The notes beneath the pieces are model-generated. The model did no database searches. It saw nothing but the letters and a program-made list of their open reading frames with translations, and was not told where the DNA came from. From assembly GCA_028718745.1 (NCBI GenBank), contig JAQULF010000004.1:1-63675 (forward strand): DNA of 63,675 nt, given 5' to 3'. Positions 50,775-58,900 of the stretch are shown piece by piece (position 1 is the first letter of the stretch; every line of letters starts with the position of its first letter). A program made the translations under genes and the position numbers. The DNA comes from Patescibacteria group bacterium (GTDB lineage: Bacteria > Patescibacteriota > JACPGU01).

Positions 50775-50858
50775 CTCCTTATGTAAACGAGCGATTTCAC
50801 ACCCTTGATTAAGGCGTGATTTAGTATATCTTAGAATAAAAATTAATAAATGTCAACA

Positions 50859-52160
50859 CTATTTTAGAAATTTGAAGGTTTGCCGACCAAGATATCTAGC
50901 CTTTTCGCCTAGTTCCTCATTAATTTCCAAAAGTCGATTATATTTTGCAATTCTTTCACTTCGACTCATTGAACCGGTTTTGATCTGCCCGCAGTTAAGC
51001 GCTACGACCAAATCCGCAATAAAAGTATCCTCGGTTTCCCCGCTTCGATGTGAAACTACAGTAGTGTATCCGGCGCGTTGCGCCATCAGAATGGCCTCAA
51101 CCGTTTCAGACAGCGAACCGATTTGGTTGAGCTTAATCAAAACTGAATTGGCTACTCCTTTCTCAATCCCCTCTTTGATTCTATTCACATTAGTTACAAA
51201 AAGATCATCTCCAACTATTTGAATCTTATCTTTAAACTCATTGGTAAATTCCTGCCAACTGATCCAATCATCTTCTGCCAATCCATCCTCAATAGAGATA
51301 ATCGGATAGTTTTTTATCATTTCACTATAAAGATCTGTCAATTCTTTTGAGCTTAACTTTTTACCTTCTAGTGTTAAATTGTAAACCCCATCCTCAAAAA
51401 ATGAGCTGGCCGCCACATCCATTCCCATAAATCCATCGACTCCCGGAATATAGCCGGCGTCCTTGATCGCTTGAGAAATTAATTGTAAAACATGGTCATG
51501 GCTTTTAAAATTTCCGGCATATCCGCCTTCGTTGCCAACATTAGTCGAGATGCCAATTTGTTTTAAAATTTTTCCCAGTTTGTGAAAAACTTCGCTTCCC
51601 ATTCTGATAGCCTCGGGAAAATTTGGCGCTCCGGCCGGAAAAAACATAAATTCCTGAAAATCAAGATTGCCATCAGCATGTTGGCCACCGTTGATAATAT
51701 TCATCATCGGAACTGGCATCAGATATTTTTCGCCTAATCCGGGATGAAAAACATTTCTTAAATACTGATACAAAGGAAGTTTGTGTGATTCCGCCGCGGC
51801 TTTCGCCAATGCCATACTCGTACCCAAAATCGCATTGGCTCCCAATCGACTTTTGTTTGCCGTGCCATCCAGCTCAATCATTTTCTTATCGATCTCGCCT
51901 TGATCGTCAGCTTCTAGGCCAACTAAAAGTTTTTTAATTTCAGTGTTAACATTATTAACCGCTTTGATAACACCAAGACCATTGTATCTTTTAGGATCGT
52001 TATCGCGCAGCTCTAAAGCTTCATGTACCCCGGTTGAAGCGCCGGATGGAACTGATGCAATGCCTTTTGAACCATCTTCTAAAAATACTTTTACTTCAAC
52101 AGTTGGATTGCCGCGAGAATCCAGAATTTCGCGAGCATGGATGTCTACAATTTTACTCAT
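50859..52160 (-). CDS. eno: Enolase
   Basis: [39 protein letters not shown]. Confidence 0.97.
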   Translation of the reverse strand: MSKIVDIHAREILDSRGNPTVEVKVFLEDGSKGIASVPSGASTGVHEALELRDNDPKRYNGLGVIKAVNNVNTEIKKLLVGLEADDQGEIDKKMIELDGTANKSRLGANAILGTSMALAKAAAESHKLPLYQYLRNVFHPGLGEKYLMPVPMMNIINGGQHADGNLDFQEFMFFPAGAPNFPEAIRMGSEVFHKLGKILKQIGISTNVGNEGGYAGNFKSHDHVLQLISQAIKDAGYIPGVDGFMGMDVAASSFFEDGVYNLTLEGKKLSSKELTDLYSEMIKNYPIISIEDGLAEDDWISWQEFTNEFKDKIQIVGDDLFVTNVNRIKEGIEKGVANSVLIKLNQIGSLSETVEAILMAQRAGYTTVVSHRSGETEDTFIADLVVALNCGQIKTGSMSRSERIAKYNRLLEINEELGEKARYLGRQTFKFLK

Positions 52161-52176
52161 ATTATTCTAATTTTAA

Positions 52177-53184
52177 TTATAATTTATATTGCATTAATAT
52201 CTCATGTTCTTCGCAAGTCGGACAAAGTCCATAAACCTCAACATTGGCATCGCATATTTTTTGCAATCTTTTGATAACCGCTTTTCCTTCTTCTGATTTA
52301 AAAAGATGCTTGTATCGATCTTGCAACTTCAAATATTCTTCAATTTTTGGTTTTTGATCAGGAGTTTTTAAAACTTTGGTAACGACACCATTAATAATTT
52401 CCAAAACCGGATAAAAACCGGTGGTAGCAGCCAAGCGCGCTACTTCAACGGTTTTATTTGTTTCAATCCCCCATCCCGGAATGCAAGGAACTAAAATCTG
52501 AATATATTTCGGGCCTTGAAACTCTAGCGCTTTTTTTATCTTTTCCTCAACATCTTTCGGATAAGCGGCTGTCGAGGTAGCAACATACGGCACTCCTTGA
52601 CTAACCGCAAAAGCAATCATGTTTTTCTTCATTTTATCATCGCCGGTAGAATCTTTGCCTGACGGTGTAGTAGTAGTGTCCGCACCCAAGGTTGATGATC
52701 CTGAAGCTTGCGCGCCGGTATTTTGATAGCCTTCGTTATCAAAACAAACATAGAGAATATTGTCTCCCCTTTCAAACATTCCGGCTAGCAACCCAAAACC
52801 GATGTCGAATGTGGCGCCATCACCGGCAAGAACGACGACATTAGGTAGCGACGCCCGAGGTCCGACCTGGGGGTACTCCCGCTGGTCATACCTCGAGACT
52901 TTTGATAAAGTCGCGCCTAAATTTTTATTTTTGAAACTCAATCCCGCTAAAATGCCTGTTGCTACTGCCGCCGAATTCTCGAAGAGTGAATGTATATAAG
53001 GTACTCCCCAAGCGCTTTCCCCAAACTTGGTCGTAGTAACCTCTAAACAACCGGTTGCTCCCACTACAATCGTATTCGGCCCCAAAGTATTAATGACATG
53101 TCGAGCCGTCAAATTTTGTCCGCAACCCGAACAAGCGTTATGGCCGGGATAAAATAAAGTTGGTTTTTTATACTTTTGTAGCAT
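52177..53184 (-). CDS. porB: Pyruvate/2-oxoacid:ferredoxin oxidoreductase beta (TPP-binding) subunit
   Basis: GHNACSGCG, GDGATFDIGFG TPP motif. Confidence 0.88.
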   Translation of the reverse strand: MLQKYKKPTLFYPGHNACSGCGQNLTARHVINTLGPNTIVVGATGCLEVTTTKFGESAWGVPYIHSLFENSAAVATGILAGLSFKNKNLGATLSKVSRYDQREYPQVGPRASLPNVVVLAGDGATFDIGFGLLAGMFERGDNILYVCFDNEGYQNTGAQASGSSTLGADTTTTPSGKDSTGDDKMKKNMIAFAVSQGVPYVATSTAAYPKDVEEKIKKALEFQGPKYIQILVPCIPGWGIETNKTVEVARLAATTGFYPVLEIINGVVTKVLKTPDQKPKIEEYLKLQDRYKHLFKSEEGKAVIKRLQKICDANVEVYGLCPTCEEHEILMQYKL

Positions 53185-53710
53185 TTCTTTTTGCTTTTAT
53201 TTTTTCGAGAATTTCATGTAATTTTTTTGTATCTAAAAGAAGACCGCAAAGACTAATTATGCCATCGATTTTCCTAAGATTTATATCCAAATCCGTAAGC
53301 TTCATATCAGCTCCTGCTTTTAGCATGTCTAAACACATTTGATCGCTATCAGAAAAAACGCAGATAATCGGTCTATCTTTATCGGGAACCATTTCGATTA
53401 ATTTTTCAACTAATTCCGGTCCATCGATAGAGCATCCTTTTTGAGGATTTCTTAAATCACCGTCCGCAAAAAGAATGTCGGGAGTTTCCTTGTCTTTCCC
53501 TATCGCTTCAAGAACACTTTCACCAGAAGGAAAAAACCTTACACTTAGGTCTTCTGACTCTCCAAGACAATCGTCAAGAAGATGTGGTATATCCCGATCA
53601 TCTTCTGCAAACCAAATTTTTGTTTTAGGAAGCCACTCCTTTTTTTCAACATTCCCTCCATCGTGATTTGAGTGCATGCCCTCCATGCCGTTCCCCATAT
53701 TCATGTTCAT
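53168..53710 (-). CDS. Stand-alone CheY-like receiver-domain protein embedded in the por operon
   Basis: FAEDDRD acidic pocket, ILFADGDL candidate phospho-Asp, VFSDS, GADMKL; overlaps the porB start by 17 nt. Confidence 0.55.
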   Translation of the reverse strand: MNMNMGNGMEGMHSNHDGGNVEKKEWLPKTKIWFAEDDRDIPHLLDDCLGESEDLSVRFFPSGESVLEAIGKDKETPDILFADGDLRNPQKGCSIDGPELVEKLIEMVPDKDRPIICVFSDSDQMCLDMLKAGADMKLTDLDINLRKIDGIISLCGLLLDTKKLHEILEKIKAKRNATKV

Positions 53711-53730
53711 AAGTTTAATATTACTTGTAT

Positions 53731-54831
53731 CTATACTAAATTTACTAATTCTTCTACCCTAATATCTCTCCCTCCCAATCCAATAATCTCATCTTGAATT
53801 TCTATTTTATGTTTTCCGTATAAGGCTTTTTTAATTTCGGTGGTTAAAATGCCTTCGGTTCCCAGAGAAATAGCGCGATTCAAAACTATGATTTTTTTGG
53901 TGCCTTTTAATTTTTTAACAATCTCATCGTCCGGAAATGGACGCAAAAGATTGAGATTACAAATCCCCACTTTCTTACCTTTCAATCTTAACAGATCAAC
54001 TGCCTCGCGGGTAGTGCCAAATATCGAGCCGGTGGAAACAAAAACGGTTTTGGCATCTTTCAATTTGTATTCGCGAGTTAAACTTAATTTTCTGCCAAAA
54101 ACTTTTTCAAATTCTTGCATTGCTTTTTTGATTTCTTGGTTTTTTGCTTTTTTGATTTTTGCATCCAGCTGCATGCGCATGTCTTGATATTCTTTTGGCG
54201 TTGCCAGATATCCGAATGTTTTGGGATTCTTAACATCTAGGAATGACCCGAGGTCTCGGGATTGCTTTTTTAAAAATTTATCTACCAATTTCTGATCCGG
54301 AATATCTACTTCTCCAACCGTATGAGTCAAATAAAATCCATCCATATTTACCATAACCGGTAGTCCAACTGATTCAGCAACTTTGAAAGCAAGAATGTGA
54401 AGATCGACCGCTTCTTGAATATCATTGGCAAAAAACATAATCCAGCCGGCATCGCGAACGCTGTAAGCGTCCTGCTGATCATTCCATATATTTATTGGAG
54501 CGGAAACTGCGCGATTGGCGCAAGTTAAAACCACCGGCAGATTCATTCCGGCGATATTATAGATAACTTCCGTCATTAGGAGTAGTCCTTGAGAAGTGGT
54601 CGCGGAATATGCGCGAACGCCAGTTGCGGATGCGCCAAGAATCACGGAAGCCGCCGCGAATTCACTTTCGGTCCGCACAAATTCAAAACTCGCCTCTCCA
54701 TCAGCAGCGATCTTCGCCAAATCCTCGACGATGTGAGTTTGGGGCGTAATCGGATAGGCAGAAATAACTCCCGGCCGACAGAGATTTACAACTTGCGCGA
54801 TAGCTTGTGAACCCTCAAGTAATTTTTTCAT
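53731..54831 (-). CDS. porA: Pyruvate/2-oxoacid:ferredoxin oxidoreductase alpha subunit
   Basis: LEGSQAIAQVV...ISAYPITPQT. Confidence 0.88.
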   Translation of the reverse strand: MKKLLEGSQAIAQVVNLCRPGVISAYPITPQTHIVEDLAKIAADGEASFEFVRTESEFAAASVILGASATGVRAYSATTSQGLLLMTEVIYNIAGMNLPVVLTCANRAVSAPINIWNDQQDAYSVRDAGWIMFFANDIQEAVDLHILAFKVAESVGLPVMVNMDGFYLTHTVGEVDIPDQKLVDKFLKKQSRDLGSFLDVKNPKTFGYLATPKEYQDMRMQLDAKIKKAKNQEIKKAMQEFEKVFGRKLSLTREYKLKDAKTVFVSTGSIFGTTREAVDLLRLKGKKVGICNLNLLRPFPDDEIVKKLKGTKKIIVLNRAISLGTEGILTTEIKKALYGKHKIEIQDEIIGLGGRDIRVEELVNLV

Positions 54832-54845
54832 TTTGATAATCTTAT

Positions 54846-54942
54846 GGTCTACGAATTACGAATTTAATACGAATATACGAATTCTTTTCTAATATATTTT
54901 TTTTCTTATTCGTAAATTCGTACCCATTCGTATTTCGTAGAA
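54846..54942 (+). repeat. ~97-bp TACGAAT palindromic element, copy 3 (inside the por operon)
   Basis: GGTCTACGAATTACGAAT...ATTCGTATTTCGTAGA between the porD stop and the porA start. Confidence 0.8.
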
Positions 54943-54945
54943 TTT

Positions 54946-55245
54946 TTATTTCTCTAACCGCATAAATATACACTTAACCGGACACACTTCTGCGCAAAGT
55001 CCGCAGCCTTTACAATAATCAAGGTCAGCCTCATACCACTCTCCTTTTAGGCTTTCTTGCTTTCTTGCTTTCTTGCTTTCTTGCCTCTGCAAAATGCAAC
55101 CTTCGGGACAAGCTCCCTCGCAAATGGCACAATTAATGCACCGGCTCTTATCCACAACCGGACGCATGGTTCGCCAGTCACCGGTTTTGTTTTTTAGCGA
55201 ACCCCCCGGCTCATCGTAATTTTGATATTTATAATTCGTTTTCAT
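54946..55245 (-). CDS. porD: 2-oxoacid:ferredoxin oxidoreductase delta subunit (2x[4Fe-4S] ferredoxin)
   Basis: CINCAICEGACP and CKGCGLCAEVCP cluster motifs. Confidence 0.85.
   Translation of the reverse strand: MKTNYKYQNYDEPGGSLKNKTGDWRTMRPVVDKSRCINCAICEGACPEGCILQRQESKKARKQESLKGEWYEADLDYCKGCGLCAEVCPVKCIFMRLEK
55051..55084. repeat. (GCTTTCTT)x4 octamer tandem repeat in frame between the two Fe-S motifs of porD
   Basis: gctttcttgctttcttgctttcttgctttcttgc encodes part of QRQESKKARKQESLKG. Confidence 0.85.
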
Positions 55246-55263
55246 CTTTTTTGATTGATTGTA

Positions 55264-55325
55264 TTTTGGAATGACGAACGACAGTTCGTCGCTTTTATTG
55301 ACGGACTATCGTCCGTCACTCCAAA
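55264..55325 (+). repeat. GGAATG...GTCACTCC double-hairpin element, copy B (between porG and porD)
   Basis: TTTTGGAATGAC-[GAAC-GACA-GTTC]GTC-gcttttatt-[GACGGAC-TATC-GTCCGTC]ACTCCAAA. Confidence 0.75.
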
Positions 55326-55338
55326 TTCATTTTTTAAA

Positions 55339-55920
55339 TTAGTTTTTTATTTCCTTATCCCCAAAATGGTCATAAGCTTTTTGGGCTAATTCAATGTTCT
55401 TCATCACTGTCTCGCTCCCCTTCTCTGCTAATTTCTCTTTGATCGCCCTCGCAACATCTTTCATTGTAAAAAGTTTTGTTCCATAAGCAAAAGCTCCCAG
55501 CATAGCCGTATTCACGATTGGCCTACCTAATACTTCAACTGCTAATGCGGCCGCATCAAAAGCCATTATTTTAATGTCCGGATAAATTGAAAGGTATTTT
55601 CCTAAATTATCGCCGCCTTTGGCTGAATTTACAAATACAATGTCTCCTTTGTCTAATCCATTGACCACATCGCTAGCTCCAAGCAGCGTTGAATCAAGCA
55701 CTACCAAATAGTCCGGATTCCGAATATGATCACGGCGTGTAATTTCTTTGTCTGAAATTCGGATATATGATTCGGCCGGAGCACCGCGTCTTTCCACGCC
55801 AAAAGATGGAAAAGCCTGGACTTTTTTACCACTATAATAAGCCGATAAAGCAATCAGCTCTCCCAGTGTCACCGCCCCCTGCCCTCCTCGGCCATGAATA
55901 CGAATTTGTTTTAATAACAT
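55339..55920 (-). CDS. porG: Pyruvate/2-oxoacid:ferredoxin oxidoreductase gamma subunit
   Basis: IRIHGRGGQGAVTLGELIA. Confidence 0.88.
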   Translation of the reverse strand: MLLKQIRIHGRGGQGAVTLGELIALSAYYSGKKVQAFPSFGVERRGAPAESYIRISDKEITRRDHIRNPDYLVVLDSTLLGASDVVNGLDKGDIVFVNSAKGGDNLGKYLSIYPDIKIMAFDAAALAVEVLGRPIVNTAMLGAFAYGTKLFTMKDVARAIKEKLAEKGSETVMKNIELAQKAYDHFGDKEIKN

Positions 55921-55966
55921 ATATATAAAATTATAACACAGAAAAAATAAATAAAACCAAGATATT

Positions 55967-58900
55967 TTAGTAAGTTACCGCTGTTATAGTCATATCTATC
56001 GAATAGTTTCCAATTGACTGTTCTACCGGTATTTTTTGTGTTAGACCGGCTCCCGTTAAATCCCAATAACACCCCGTTGCCGCAGAGCTGTCTGATTGAA
56101 GAAGGGTAATACTATCAACAGAACCCTGAACAAAGGAGGCTAAACCGCCCTTATTGATTCCCGTAGTAGTACATCCGCTTTTTGCTGTTACGGTCGCGGT
56201 CGTTGGATTAATAGCTAATTGTCCATTTGTACATCCTGATCCTAACGAGTCATTGAAGTCAAAAGTAGTGCTGCCTGTATCCCATAAAGCTGAACTGCCG
56301 CTTGTCGCCGCAATAGAAAGCGTCCATGTTTTGGTAGCGGAATCATTATTTACTCTTATCTTTTGGCTGCTATCGCCAAGTGTTCCGGTACTTGATTGGC
56401 AATCAAACCCTAATGATGCGCTTTGTAAAGGATAAACAGGACTGACAACATGAATCCCGCTACTGTCTACTACATCAGAAAAAAGATCTCCAAAATTCCA
56501 ACTGAAATTATTCCCGCCATTTAAATTGGAGGTATCAGTTGCATTAATTGTGCTTCCACTTGAAGCATCAGAATCTTTTGCATTGGTGCTATACACAACC
56601 GGACTGCCGGAAGCGACCAGTATCCACTGCGTCGGAGTAGATGAGGAGCGCAATTGAACTCTTGTGCTGGATGATTGCCCATTAACATTAAAGTTTGTAA
56701 AGGCATAGGTAGAACCGGCATTGAAACGAATTTTTGTAGAAGCTGTTAAAGCGTTAAATGTGGTTGCGGTGGCAGATGCGGAAAATATCACTGAAGGATC
56801 GGTATCCGGATCGGTCCCTGTGTTATTTGTTATGGTTAAGGTTTCGAAAGCAGAAGCCGAAGTCATTGTCCCAGACAATGTCTGTCCCGAAGAAATTCCT
56901 TTAATAACAACTATTCCATTATTATGCGTAAATGTTCCATTATTTGTCCAATTCCCTTCTAGATTTATTGTACTGCCTCCTGCGTCTGGCGCAGCAAGAG
57001 TAGCGCTGGCGTTTATCAATATATTGCCTGCGACGGTAATAACAGGATCATTTGTTGTACCGCTGACAACTACAGCATTGGTACCGTTGCCTATAGTTAA
57101 ATCCCCTTGCATTAGAAATGAACCTCCGGAAGCGCCCAGTTGATATGTAGGAGCTCCTGCCGGATTAAGCGTTAAGTTCCCATAACCGGGGGTAGTTATG
57201 GCGGTAATAGTCTGCGCGCCGGTTTGGTTATAAATAGTTGTGCTGGTAGCGCCAAAAGTATATGTGCCAAAACCGGTCGGAAATGTTTGTGTTGTACCAC
57301 TCATACTAAATGTAGCGCTATTTTTTACAATGAATGAAGCTGTGCCGGCACCGGCAATATTTACTCCATTATTTTTAAAAATAGCAGCCGTATCAGAATC
57401 ATCACCAACTGTTATGTTGCCAGTAACATTGGTTGAGGTAATAGCCGCGGCAGGATAGGCGCCAGATACATTAGTGTTCAAAATTTGTAGATTAGCATAA
57501 GCTGCCGCTGTCCCCCACGCTACCGGAATAGATTGTCCCGCCGTCGTGCTATTAAAAGCCCATGTACTGGTTGCACCCGGAGACGAGGTGGCATTAGTTG
57601 GATTCGTAATGATACCGGAAATTTTTGCTGTTCCTGCGCCAGAAATACTTATAACTTTATTTGCGGCGCCACCAGCAGCAAAGGTGATGCCACCCATTGT
57701 TAATGCCCCGGTAGTGATATTAATAGCGCTGACAAACCCTGCCGTAGCATCTGTACCAGCCATAGTTATTGTTCCGGCCACAATTGCGCTGCCATTATTT
57801 ATATTCCAAGCCGATGTCACAGCCGCTGTCGGTTGATTTAGAGTCACAGCGCCAGACATAGTTAGAGCAATACCGCTAGCTTGAGTAAAGGTGGTAGCAT
57901 AAGCGCCCGGTGTTATAACAAGCCTTCCAGCTCCAATAGAACAGGCGGTGTTTAAAGTAATGTTTGCAACAGCTGAAGCGGAAGAAGTGATTAGTAATCC
58001 ATAAAATGGCGTTGAATAAGTCCCATCAATGACATTTGATGCGCCATTCATAGTTACAACATAGTTTCCCGTCAAAGCCGAGTCGCTGGAATTATTTGTC
58101 CAGTCGCCGGCAACAGTAAACCCGGCCGTCATAGTAATAGTACCGCTGGTTATTTTGAAATTGCCAAAAGTAATGCTACCGGTAAATGGTCTGGGATAAG
58201 AATTACCAATAAATTCAGCCGTGCTGCCGGGATCAAACACTAGATTATCTCTAACTGTAAAATCATTACCAAATTTTATGGTTTCTCCGGACATTGTGGT
58301 AAAAATCGGATCATAACCGGCTGTCACACTTCCATAATCAAGAACATTATTAAAAATAATGGTACCTGCACTAGTGATATTTTGAATCGTACCGGCTTGA
58401 AATGTTTGAAGACCATTAATAGTAATAGTGCCGGAAGTGAAACTAACAACTTGGTTGGCTTCGGTGATATCATTGGCAAAATTAATATCATTAGCAACAG
58501 TCAAAGATCCACTGGTCACAATAATCTGGGATACGCGGGCATTCGTACTTGTACCAACAAAACTGATGTAATCAGTATCTATGGTAGCTGTACCAGCATT
58601 AATATAAAAGGATGATATGAGATTATCACCTGTAGGCTGGTTCATAGTTACAATAGCGCCAGAACCGGTTATCAATAAATCAACCGTTGCATCATTAAGA
58701 GTTAAAGATTGATTACCGGCAGTGGTAGCACTAAAAATCAAATCGCCCAGACCAATGGTAGTATCCAAATTAATAGTTATATTGGCGCCATCACCAATAG
58801 TTAAACCATAAAATGTTGTTGAATAATTACCCTTGATAACCTTACTGTTACCGCTCATTACTACTGTAAAATTTCCTGCTAGAGCCGAAGCGCCGGAATT

